Below are positions 8,479-16,941 of a stretch of 18,188 bases of DNA, one piece after another. The DNA is from Archangiaceae bacterium (GTDB taxonomy: Bacteria > Myxococcota > Myxococcia > Myxococcales > Myxococcaceae). Every line of letters starts with the position of its first letter. Within the stretch, counting starts at the first letter, position 1. Under the pieces are notes generated by a model. The model did no database searches and was not told the origin of the DNA. It saw only the letters and a list, made by a program, of their open reading frames with translations. Both the position numbers and the translations under genes were made by a program. Where the stretch lies: contig JAYVCD010000182.1 of assembly GCA_043750125.1 (NCBI GenBank), forward strand, positions 1 through 18,188, written 5' to 3'.

Positions 8479-11400
8479 CTAGTAGATGCCCTTCATCGAC
8501 GGGTCGGCCAGCCCGAAGTCCCGCATCGCCTGACGCATGAAGAACGGCGCTTCCTCGTACTTCGACAGCTCGAGGCAGGCCTTGTTCGAAGCGCAGGTGC
8601 ACGAAGAGTTGTCGGTGGGGTTGCAACCCGGGCGGCCGTTCGAAAGCTGGCCGTTGGGAGCGACGTAGCTGATCGACGGGTCGTACTTCACCCGCGGCTG
8701 ACCGTTGGTGATGGTCGGCAGGACCCAGTCGGGAGCCCCGTCGAGATCTGCGTCGGGGCCCGGCGTCACTTCATAGGCGCGGGCCAGCAGCTCATTGCCC
8801 CACTCGAGCATGCGGGCCGAGATTCCCTTCTCGACGCGCTTGCCCAGAATGGTCTCTTTTCCAAAGCTCTTCGCGATGTACGTCTTCCCTTTCGGAACGT
8901 GCAGCTCGATGCGGTTCGGGAAGCCCGGGTCGGTGTCGGCGCCGACTTCCCAGATGTTCATCTGGTTGAGCCAGGTCTGCTGCTGGTTCTCGGGCAGGTA
9001 CATCAGCGTCCACGCGATGAGGAACTTCTGCTGTTCCCATCCGACCTGGGGGTCGATCGCCACCGAGGTGGAAGAAGCCGTCTCGCACTGCAGGCTCTCT
9101 TCGCGCTGGAAGCAGGTCTCGGGCGTCGCCTTCCACCACTGGGTCCAGCCGACTGCCTTGCTGGGGTACTTGGTGGTCTGCTCGACCGAAGGAACCCCCT
9201 GGGTCGAGGCTGCCACCCGCGGGCCTTTGAGCACGTCATCGCCGGTCAGGTTGTTGCCGAGCCAGCGGCGGTAGCCTTCGGGGAACAGGTCGGCCAGCGA
9301 GACCGAACGGTAGCGCGCATCGAGGAAATCGCGCCGCGAGTCGCTGATGAAGTTGTCGACCGACTCGGTGAACAGCATCGCCGTCCAGGCCTTCTCGTAA
9401 TACGAGCCGGCATTGACCGTGAACTGCGAGTCGTACTCGCCCTTGGTGGTGGCGAGCGCATTCTCGAGCGGGCGACCGCCGAAGGCGACGTTCCCGTAGT
9501 AACCAGTGGCGCCGTTGGGCATCGTCATCACCGTGGGTCCGGCGTTGCCGGCGGTGTCGAGGGTCGAGCGCAGAATCTTGGTCTGCGCGGCGCCCTGGGT
9601 TCCCATCTGGTGGGGGCCTGCCTGCGGCCGGGCCAGCTGCTTCGAGAAGTGATCGAAGCCCAGGCCCGAGGCGAGCATGTTGTCACCGAACAGCTCGATC
9701 GACAGGTACGGCCAGAGGCCATCGAAGTCGTAGCCCTGCTCCACCGCGAAGTCGCGATAGATGTTGGCGATCAGCCCGATGCCCTTGGCCGAGTCGCGCA
9801 GCTTCTCGTTGTAGCGGGTGAGCGAACGGGTCGCCGCGCCCCGGACGCTGAACGACTGCCGGTTGCGCCGGTAGTTGTCGAAGATGTGGTTGACCTCTTG
9901 CTGGGTGATGAGGAAGTCGAACAGCTCGTACGGGTCGGCGCCGTTGTCATGACGGTAGACGCTGAGGTTGCCCAGGTCCGCCCAACGGTCGGTCGCGAAA
10001 CCATACGGAACGCGCAACCGTAGGTTCGGGTCGACCGCGTGGGTTCCGCGGCCGGAGCCCGGCTCTGCCATGTCGGCCCACGCGACGTAGTCCACCGGCT
10101 GCTGGCGGCAGCGGCTGTACTTCCCGGCGACGTTGACGATCAGCCCGTCGAACATCGGGTGCCACACCCCACTGACCGCATCGTCCCAGTGCGCGGGCTT
10201 GAAGTTGGCCGGGTCGACCTCTTCGCAGGACTGGATCATCTGGAACTCTTTCTGCAGTTCCGAATAGTGAATGGTGCGGGTGTCCTTGGGGTTCGCCAAC
10301 GTCGGAGCGCCCACCTCGAACCGGATTCCCAGAATGCCGCCGAAGTTGTCGAGCTTGGCGATCGCACCCGTGCCTCGCGGAGTGCCGGCCCGGTAGGAGG
10401 CATCGGTGAAGACCGAGACCACGTCGCCGTAGAACATGCGGGCGGCCGCGAAGTCGTAAGCGCCGAGCCCGATCATGTCTTGAGTGGCTTCGCCCGCGTA
10501 GTCCATGGTCGAGGACTGCATGAACATCGTGAGCAGGTTCTTCTTTTCGTTGGCGTTGATCGGGTCGAAGTAGCGCGGACCGACGCAGGCGCCCGTGCCA
10601 TCGAGGCCGGTGCACTTGGTGGTGTTGACCCCGTTGTCCGTGCGCAACTGCCAGTACTGGGGACGGTAGTTGAACGCGTCTGCCGAGCTGACGAAGTTGT
10701 GCCGCAGCCCGATCGAGTGCCCCATCTCGTGGGTCACGACCGCGTAATGCGCCCGCTGCGCGAGGTACTTTCGCATCGCGGCGGCCCGAACGGCCTGCAC
10801 GTCTTTGCTCTGGGTACGGTCGAACTTTCCGAACTTCTCTTCGAGCAGGCTCGCCACATCGGCGATGGCCAGCGGGGCCGGAGCCTCGTTCATCACGCAC
10901 GCGCCGCGCTCAGAAAGCGCGAGCTCTTTGGCCTGGCGCACTTCACGCTGCAGCACCGGGTTCGCGCCGCGCAACGGCGAGGCGAGCTCTGAGAGCATGT
11001 CGCTGCTCAGCTTCCCGTCGCCACCAGCGAAGGACTGCATCATCTTGGTGGTCAGCGCCGCTTCGGTGGCGGTGTTGAGGGCGTGCTTGCGGCGCGCCTC
11101 GTAGATCGGCTTGGTGCTCGAGGGCGCCTTCGCATCGAGGCGAATGTTCGCGCTGTCCCGCGCAATCTGCTTCAGGTCCTTGAACAGCGGGCTGGCCTTG
11201 AGGCCCGCGACCCGGGTGCGAACTTCGGCGGTGTCGGCCAGGCCCACCGCTTCGGCGAGAAAGCGGTCGCGCTCGCCGGCGGTGAGCTGGGGCAGGCTTC
11301 CCTTGCTGGACGCGGCTTCGGCGGCGCTGGCCCAGTCGCGAATGTAGTCGCCGTCGGTGATTTCAGGCGTGGTCAGCTCGCCTTTGATGTAGCGCGAGGT

Positions 11401-13233
11401 GTCGACGATGCTCTGGCTCCACAGGTCGGTGACGTGGGACCAGACGTTGATGCTCGCCGAGACGATTTCACCGGTGAGCGGGTCATTGGCGTCGACCATG
11501 ATTCCCCAGGGCGAAGGGGTCTGGGGGGTGGTGATGGTGTTGACCTGGTGGTAGCGCAGGTCGCCCTTGCGCGCGTTGAGCGCGGCGCGGCAGGTGGTGA
11601 TGACCGCGGTGTCGTTGTCCCTCTCAGCGTTGAAGCAGTTGAGCGCCGTCACATCGTCGGGAAGACGGGGCGAGCCGCAGGGGCCGGGGTCATGGGCTTC
11701 GACCGGGCTGTGGCAGAGCACCAACATCTCGGGAAGCGCTGCGAGCGCGCGGACTCCGGGGGCGTACTTGCGCTTGGCGCCGATGCTCTGGGCCAGGCTG
11801 GTGCAGTCTTCGCCGACATAGGCGCGGCCGTCGCGGCAATCATCGACTTCGCCGGCGAGATCGATCGCATCCTGGTTGTCGTCCATCTGGCCGTTGTAGA
11901 CGGGGAAGGTGGTTTCGCACGCGGTGCCCTTGGTGCGAACGCACTCGGAGTAACGCGCAGTCTGGACTGCGCTGCGCAGGGCAACGTCCCATTCGTGGGC
12001 GGCCTTGCGGGTGGCATCGAAGAACTCGGGGCTCGAGCCGCTGGCGTAGTACCAGGCGATCGGACGCACCTTGCGGTCCTTGAAGGGCAAGGTGCAGGCC
12101 TGGCGGAAGGTGTCGCAGCGCGAGCCGCTGCCGACTGCCTTGCACTCGTCTTCAGTGCCGTCTTTGTCGAGGTCGCGGTGGGGGTCTGCACCGACCGGGG
12201 TGGAGGTCGGGGTGAAGCACGAGACCGGGCCGGTCATCGCTGCGGGGTCGGTGTAGACGTGGCTGCGTTCCCAGATGTTGTAGCGGTTGATGAACCGGTG
12301 CCACTGGGTGTCGGTCATTCCGTAGTTGCGCGCGTAGCCCTTTCGATCAGAAGTGAAGGCGCCGAACGCCTGGAACTTGAGGCCGTCCCAGTCCTGCGCT
12401 TCGTAGTCGTTGTCTTGGACTTTGCGGAACGACTGACGAATCGTGAGCTCGACCGGAGAGCATTGCGCGGCCGGAGCGACGCCGCCCGCGAAGTCCGCGT
12501 CGTACATGCAGGCCGGCACCATTCCACCGCCGAAGCGGGCGAGGTCGATCATCAGCGGTTTGGCAAAGGCCTTGTTGGTGACGTCGAGGTAGCCCACCGC
12601 GGGGTCAAAGTGGGGAGCGTCGGGGTGGCCCGGCTCGTTGACGAAGTACGCCAGGGGCTCGTACGAGATGCCGCCGTAGAGCCCGATTTGCGAAAGCGAG
12701 TCGTAGTCGAAGTTGTCGGTGCTGAGGTTCTTCGACCAGTCGACGCGCATCTTGGTGCGCTCGTACCAGGGGCGATCTTTGTCGTTCTCTTCGATGACGT
12801 TGAGCTGCTCGCCGGTCGACGGGTTGTAGTCGCGCTTCACGTCGAAGTGCTTCGAGATCTTGTAGGCGGCGACGACGATTCCGTCGTTGGTGGCCTTTCC
12901 GGCTCCGCGGCCATCGCTGCCTTCGATGCGCTCGTACGCGAGGCGGGCGATGAGCAGATCTTCCTGCACCGTCCACTTGATCCGGCTCAGCGGCTGGGCA
13001 TACGTCGAGGTGAAGAGCCCGTCTTGTCCGGCGCCGTAGCCCACGTCGACCAGCGTCCCCTGGGACCAGAATTCCGGGTCATCGCTGATCGCCTTGAAGT
13101 CCTTCCCGATGAAGAACTCTTTGTCGAAAGAATCGGGCTGGACGCGCACGATCGGCGGTTGCTCCTGAGCGCAGCTGGCCAGAAGTGCGGCCGTGGCGCA
13201 GAGCCAGAGCGATGAGAGGAGGCGCGTCTTCAT
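8479..13233 (-). CDS. Giant (1584 aa) lipoprotein, zinc metalloprotease of the metzincin type
   Basis: Lipobox LLAS-C; HEMGHSIGLRH at 10699-10731; Met-turn SSTMDY near 10505; DxDxDG loops (DLDKDG, DLDGAPD); many paired Cys. Confidence 0.9.
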   Translation of the reverse strand: MKTRLLSSLWLCATAALLASCAQEQPPIVRVQPDSFDKEFFIGKDFKAISDDPEFWSQGTLVDVGYGAGQDGLFTSTYAQPLSRIKWTVQEDLLIARLAYERIEGSDGRGAGKATNDGIVVAAYKISKHFDVKRDYNPSTGEQLNVIEENDKDRPWYERTKMRVDWSKNLSTDNFDYDSLSQIGLYGGISYEPLAYFVNEPGHPDAPHFDPAVGYLDVTNKAFAKPLMIDLARFGGGMVPACMYDADFAGGVAPAAQCSPVELTIRQSFRKVQDNDYEAQDWDGLKFQAFGAFTSDRKGYARNYGMTDTQWHRFINRYNIWERSHVYTDPAAMTGPVSCFTPTSTPVGADPHRDLDKDGTEDECKAVGSGSRCDTFRQACTLPFKDRKVRPIAWYYASGSSPEFFDATRKAAHEWDVALRSAVQTARYSECVRTKGTACETTFPVYNGQMDDNQDAIDLAGEVDDCRDGRAYVGEDCTSLAQSIGAKRKYAPGVRALAALPEMLVLCHSPVEAHDPGPCGSPRLPDDVTALNCFNAERDNDTAVITTCRAALNARKGDLRYHQVNTITTPQTPSPWGIMVDANDPLTGEIVSASINVWSHVTDLWSQSIVDTSRYIKGELTTPEITDGDYIRDWASAAEAASSKGSLPQLTAGERDRFLAEAVGLADTAEVRTRVAGLKASPLFKDLKQIARDSANIRLDAKAPSSTKPIYEARRKHALNTATEAALTTKMMQSFAGGDGKLSSDMLSELASPLRGANPVLQREVRQAKELALSERGACVMNEAPAPLAIADVASLLEEKFGKFDRTQSKDVQAVRAAAMRKYLAQRAHYAVVTHEMGHSIGLRHNFVSSADAFNYRPQYWQLRTDNGVNTTKCTGLDGTGACVGPRYFDPINANEKKNLLTMFMQSSTMDYAGEATQDMIGLGAYDFAAARMFYGDVVSVFTDASYRAGTPRGTGAIAKLDNFGGILGIRFEVGAPTLANPKDTRTIHYSELQKEFQMIQSCEEVDPANFKPAHWDDAVSGVWHPMFDGLIVNVAGKYSRCRQQPVDYVAWADMAEPGSGRGTHAVDPNLRLRVPYGFATDRWADLGNLSVYRHDNGADPYELFDFLITQQEVNHIFDNYRRNRQSFSVRGAATRSLTRYNEKLRDSAKGIGLIANIYRDFAVEQGYDFDGLWPYLSIELFGDNMLASGLGFDHFSKQLARPQAGPHQMGTQGAAQTKILRSTLDTAGNAGPTVMTMPNGATGYYGNVAFGGRPLENALATTKGEYDSQFTVNAGSYYEKAWTAMLFTESVDNFISDSRRDFLDARYRSVSLADLFPEGYRRWLGNNLTGDDVLKGPRVAASTQGVPSVEQTTKYPSKAVGWTQWWKATPETCFQREESLQCETASSTSVAIDPQVGWEQQKFLIAWTLMYLPENQQQTWLNQMNIWEVGADTDPGFPNRIELHVPKGKTYIAKSFGKETILGKRVEKGISARMLEWGNELLARAYEVTPGPDADLDGAPDWVLPTITNGQPRVKYDPSISYVAPNGQLSNGRPGCNPTDNSSCTCASNKACLELSKYEEAPFFMRQAMRDFGLADPSMKGIY

Positions 13234-14255
13234 GTGGATTCTCCAAACAGACCAGACACTGCGGCTTCGATGTCGAAGCTGGCGTCGAGGTACAACGTGG
13301 TGTTGCGATTGAACAACGGAAAGTAGCGGGTGCCGGAGGTGTTGATCTGCGGCGAGAAGGTGAGCGCGCCGACGGTGAGGGCGATCGGCCGGAACAGCTG
13401 CCAGGTCACCGAGAGATCAAAGGTGGTGTAGCTGCGCACCGGAGTGTCGACTGCCGCGGCGATCGGCCCCAGCTCGGCGGGCGCGGCGGACAGCGGGTAG
13501 AGCCAGAGGTGGGTGAGAAGGAAGGTGGCGTTGATCGACAGCTTCTCGATCGGGTTGAAAGCAATCGAGGGCCCGTGGGTCAGATCCGAGTGGGCGTTTC
13601 GCTTTCCGGTGGTGATGAACTCGGCGCACTCGGCCGCCAGGGGATTGCCGCACGCGATGCTGGGAGATTCGTTCTGGGCGGTGGTGTACCGATGAAACCG
13701 GTAGCTGTAGCGGCCGCCGTACGCGACGGTGAACCCGAAGGGAAAAGCGCGAGAGACCGACAGCCCGGGGCCAATCGCCAACAACCGGGTGGCCGCGCGC
13801 GACGTCTTCGAGGTGGGGAAGGCGATGCGAAGATCCGCCCCGACGTGGATCTTGGAATGTTTTTCAGTCCACCCGGTGAGTCCCCCTTCCAGCGCAAGGT
13901 CCGAGAACTCGACCTCATTGCGGCGGGTGGTGCTTTCAGACGGGGTGAATTCCTGAGCCAGATACAGCCGGGCCCGAACGAAGAGCAGGTCGTTGAAGTG
14001 CCATTCGGGTGCGATTCCGAGTCGGTGGGACCAGGTCGGGTTGTAGTGGGGCTCGGCTCCTCGATCGAAGGTGTAGGCGGTGGCCTGGTGCCCGTACGTC
14101 AGCGCGGACCCCCGATATTTGGGCTTCGCCTTCGTTTCGACCGCTGTTGTTGTGGTCTGAACGACCTGCGCCTGTGCCACGAAACTGGCGACGATCGCGA
14201 TCAGTCCGACAAGCCCGGCGCGGTTTGTCGTTCTAAGGGGGTGCCAGGAAGACAT
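13230..14255 (-). CDS. Outer-membrane beta-barrel protein (~12 strands)
   Basis: Signal peptide ending AQA; about 12 amphipathic strands with aromatic ends (LGIAPEWHF, LFVRARLYL, FSDLAL, VGADLRIAFPT, FTVAYGGRYSYRF, TTFDLSVTWQL, TLYLDASFD). ATGA overlap with the protease gene. Confidence 0.8.
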   Translation of the reverse strand: MSSWHPLRTTNRAGLVGLIAIVASFVAQAQVVQTTTTAVETKAKPKYRGSALTYGHQATAYTFDRGAEPHYNPTWSHRLGIAPEWHFNDLLFVRARLYLAQEFTPSESTTRRNEVEFSDLALEGGLTGWTEKHSKIHVGADLRIAFPTSKTSRAATRLLAIGPGLSVSRAFPFGFTVAYGGRYSYRFHRYTTAQNESPSIACGNPLAAECAEFITTGKRNAHSDLTHGPSIAFNPIEKLSINATFLLTHLWLYPLSAAPAELGPIAAAVDTPVRSYTTFDLSVTWQLFRPIALTVGALTFSPQINTSGTRYFPLFNRNTTLYLDASFDIEAAVSGLFGEST

Positions 14256-14268
14256 TGCGGCGGCCTTG

Positions 14269-14284
14269 TGCAGGATACAGGCCA
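14269..14284 (-). promoter_or_regulatory. Putative sigma-54 (-24/-12) promoter for the barrel-protease operon
   Basis: TGGCCTG-TATC-CTGCA, with GG and GC at the consensus spacing, just upstream of ATG 14255. Confidence 0.5.
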
Positions 14285-14396
14285 GCTCAGTGACCCATCA
14301 GGGCTCACCGGTCAATGACTGACTTCCCCGCTTTGTGGCTTCGAAGCGGCAACAGATTCATGTCCCGAGCTCTTGGGGACGAGGGCTGAAAAGACT

Positions 14397-16040
14397 TCAG
14401 CCGGCGTAGAACTCCAGGCCGACGGTGACGCGGTACTGCGGGTAGAAGAACGGAACACCAGAGATTTGGGGGATGGGCAGGGCGATGTTGAGGGGGTTGA
14501 TGATCAAGTAGAAGAGGCGGTGGGCCTTCCACTCGAGCCCGAGCGGACTGAGCCCGAAGTAGAGGCCGACGCTGCCCGCGGGCGCCCCATAAAAGTTCGA
14601 GAGCAGCACCGAGGTCCCCGCGCTCAAAGTCGAGCGGAGGTTGAAGTTCTCGTAAGCCAGGGGGAACCGCAGAATACCGGTCAGAAAGGCATTGATGACC
14701 CCGCGACGAACCGGGGTGCCGTTGAGCGCGAACCACGGGTTCCACTCTCCATCGAGACCGATCGACCAGCGCCGGGTCAACCGCAGCCTCGCGCCCAGGG
14801 TCACCGCGAGCGCGGCTTTGTCGAAGGAAGCGCCGACCGCTGCGTACCCGCCGAAAGCCATTTGCGAAGGATCCACCGGCAGCGCCTCGGCGACCGCGGT
14901 CACGGTCGGAGGCGGAGGTGCGTGCTCGTCGATGCCACCGTCGGCCTGGGCCTGTGCGCTGCCGATCGTGAAGGGAAGCGCGAAGCAGACGGCCAGCAGG
15001 CCGGCGAAGGTGCCGAGGCGTCGGGCCCGTCGGCTCAGAGCGAGGAAGGCGAAGAGGGTGCCCAGTGCGGCCGCCTGGGTAGTCGAGGCGCAGCCGCAGC
15101 CGGCAGGCTTGGGGATCTTCGCTTCTGGAGCATCACACCAGCCGTTCTCGAAAGTGCAGCCCGGCTTGAAGCCCAGGTATCGATCGAGCGCGGCGTCGAC
15201 CGCGGCCATCTTCTGGTCCTTCGTCTGGCTCGGGTCGAGCGTCGCGCGGAGCAGCGCGGCCGAGGCATCGGTCGCAAGCTCCCGCTTGTGTCTGCGCAAG
15301 TCATCGGGGTCGTCGCAGACATCGAGCACTGCGGCGTGCGCCGGCCCATCGGCCGACTCGACCAGGGTCTTGTTGACGAACGCGAGCCAATTCAAGGCCA
15401 CGGTGATCTGCATCCCATCGACGCTTCGGTACGAGTGGGTGAAGCTGTCCTGCACCGCGTGCATCGCCTGGCCCATTCGAACGTAATAGGTGGGCAGAAG
15501 GGCCTCGACGCCGCCGCGGATGGACAGGTGCACGGCCAGTGAGGTGCGCTTTTCAGAGTCGACATTTCCGGACGCGTCGAGGCCCTCGAGGGCTTCGGCG
15601 ATTCGCCCGCGAATGAAGGCCCGACAGGCTTTGATCGAGGCTTCGGTGCCCGCGGGCTCTTTCTGGCTCGCGTCGCGCAGGCAGTGCTCGGCCTGATCGG
15701 CCGGGTCGCCGTGAATCTCGGCCAGCTCGGTCAAATCTCCAGAGCCGCGGCCCTTGAGGTCGTTGTCGCGAACACCGATGACGAGGGTCACGGCTCCGAG
15801 GTCCGCCATGTCGTCCTCGGGCTTGAACTGCAGGTCGATAATCAAGGCTTCCTCGTTCGCGGTGGCGGTCAGGGGTGCGGCCGTTTTCAGCTCGGCCCGC
15901 ACGGTGCGAAGTGCGAGCGACGTGATCCGCTCGTGGCAGCCGGCCGCGAAGGCGTTCTTGATCGTGTAGCCCTGCGCGGCACTTGACGCGACGCACACCC
16001 CGCACAGCGAAGCGAGGAGCCCGGGTGCCAGGGGCCTCAA
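14397..16040 (-). CDS. Exported Zn-dependent PLC/P1-nuclease-like protein with an internal MYXO-CTERM-like signal, a second signal peptide and a C-terminal 8-strand beta-barrel (547 aa)
   Basis: TTG start at 16040 overlaps the upstream stop (TTGA). Signal peptide ends SSAAQG/Y. Motifs CHERIT, RDND, EHCLR, GQAMHAVQDSFTH. Then GCGC-hydrophobic-RRARR, a second hydrophobic segment ending AQAQA, and amphipathic strands ending YRVTVGLEF. Confidence 0.8.
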   Translation of the reverse strand: MRPLAPGLLASLCGVCVASSAAQGYTIKNAFAAGCHERITSLALRTVRAELKTAAPLTATANEEALIIDLQFKPEDDMADLGAVTLVIGVRDNDLKGRGSGDLTELAEIHGDPADQAEHCLRDASQKEPAGTEASIKACRAFIRGRIAEALEGLDASGNVDSEKRTSLAVHLSIRGGVEALLPTYYVRMGQAMHAVQDSFTHSYRSVDGMQITVALNWLAFVNKTLVESADGPAHAAVLDVCDDPDDLRRHKRELATDASAALLRATLDPSQTKDQKMAAVDAALDRYLGFKPGCTFENGWCDAPEAKIPKPAGCGCASTTQAAALGTLFAFLALSRRARRLGTFAGLLAVCFALPFTIGSAQAQADGGIDEHAPPPPTVTAVAEALPVDPSQMAFGGYAAVGASFDKAALAVTLGARLRLTRRWSIGLDGEWNPWFALNGTPVRRGVINAFLTGILRFPLAYENFNLRSTLSAGTSVLLSNFYGAPAGSVGLYFGLSPLGLEWKAHRLFYLIINPLNIALPIPQISGVPFFYPQYRVTVGLEFYAG

Positions 16041-16249
16041 CCGTTGCGTCGCGAGCTGACCAGCATCACTCCGCCGGCCGCGATCATCAGCGCTCCGGCG
16101 ATGGGGGCGATGGGCACCGAATGCTCCCGTTCCGCCGTCGCGTGAATCGGCCCGAGGTCGAGGACGGTGTCTCGGGACGTGTACCGAATGCCCCCGTAGA
16201 CGAGGCCAAGCAAGCCCAGTGCAATCAACACCATTGCGGCGATTTTCAT
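16037..16249 (-). CDS. Small two-TM membrane protein (70 aa, DUF3185-like)
   Basis: MKIAAMVLIALGLLGLVYGGIRYT...VLDLGPIHATAE..SVPIAPIAGALMIAAGGVMLV-SSRR: TM, short loop, TM, basic tail. Confidence 0.8.
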   Translation of the reverse strand: MKIAAMVLIALGLLGLVYGGIRYTSRDTVLDLGPIHATAEREHSVPIAPIAGALMIAAGGVMLVSSRRNG

Positions 16250-16261
16250 AGCGCCCGACAG

Positions 16262-16277
16262 AGCAGCCGGCGTGCCA
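16262..16277 (-). promoter_or_regulatory. Putative sigma-54 promoter
   Basis: TGGCACG-CCGG-CTGCT, one mismatch to the consensus TGGCACG-N4-TTGCW. Confidence 0.65.
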
Positions 16278-16432
16278 CGAACTTTCTGACATGTCGGTAT
16301 TTCTTCGCAGCAGAGGGGCGCCCTGCCAGATCGACCTCTTCGGGCTTCGAGCTCTGCACCGAAGGGAACGGAAGGGGCGCGAGGCAAAATAGGACGGTGA
16401 GGCACTCTTGCGCGCGGTGAAGAACGGACATG

Positions 16433-16458
16433 AAAAAGCCCGCGGGCTGCGCGGGCTT
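16433..16458 (-). terminator. Rho-independent terminator
   Basis: Minus strand AAGCCCGCG-CAGCC-CGCGGGCTT-TTT: a 9-bp perfect stem running into a T5 tract, ~27 bp after the stop at 16485. Confidence 0.85.
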
Positions 16459-16484
16459 CAGTTCAAATGAAGTGAGGTCTAAGA

Positions 16485-16901
16485 CTACTTGCGGTGATCC
16501 CACCCTCGGCGAACGAATGGCTTGGCTTCTTCGAATTTCATCCCCGTCTGACCAGAGTCCCATTCACCCGACAGCTTGGTCTCGAGCCTCTCGTCCCACT
16601 GGGTGAACTTCTGGCCGTATTCCTCGCGGGCGCCAAACCCGTAGGCGACCGCCGGCTCGACCTTCTCGAAGTCCGGAGGATTGGGCTGGTTCGCAGGGGG
16701 AATCGCCTCGCTTCCCGCCGCCTGTTTCACGGTGTCGGCGACGCCCTGGCGAAGCTCTTTGCCACTGTCGACGTGGAGATCCGCCTTGGTCTGGGCCCAA
16801 TCTCGCTTGAGTGCTTCCTTCGCGTGGTCCCACGCGCTGCCGTGCTTCTCTTCCTTCCAATAGCTCGGGTGCCACTGACTGTTGCCTTTTGAAGTCGCCA
16901 T
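16485..16901 (-). CDS. Hydrophilic hypothetical protein (138 aa) with repeated Trp-bounded helical motifs
   Basis: ATG 16901 preceded by AGGGA. Motifs WDHAKEALKRDW, WDERLETKLSGEW, FEEAKPFVRRGW. Has its own promoter and terminator. Confidence 0.8.
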   Translation of the reverse strand: MATSKGNSQWHPSYWKEEKHGSAWDHAKEALKRDWAQTKADLHVDSGKELRQGVADTVKQAAGSEAIPPANQPNPPDFEKVEPAVAYGFGAREEYGQKFTQWDERLETKLSGEWDSGQTGMKFEEAKPFVRRGWDHRK

Positions 16902-16941
16902 GTTGTTTGTCCCTGGGTTGTGTTGCGTTTGAGCGGCACTT

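Noticed and set aside
8057-8482. 141-aa plus-strand ORF
   Set aside because: Overlaps both neighbours; the minus-strand frame 8102-8443 is more protein-like and has an SD-like GAGG.
11083-13215. 710-aa plus-strand ORF (and others at 8899-10023 and 10039-10992)
   Set aside because: Antisense shadows of the metalloprotease gene, expected from high-GC codon bias; no motifs.
16041-16292. 84-aa N-terminal extension of the 631-aa ORF
   Set aside because: Arg/Pro-rich junk overlapping the real 2-TM gene; the signal peptide begins at TTG 16040.
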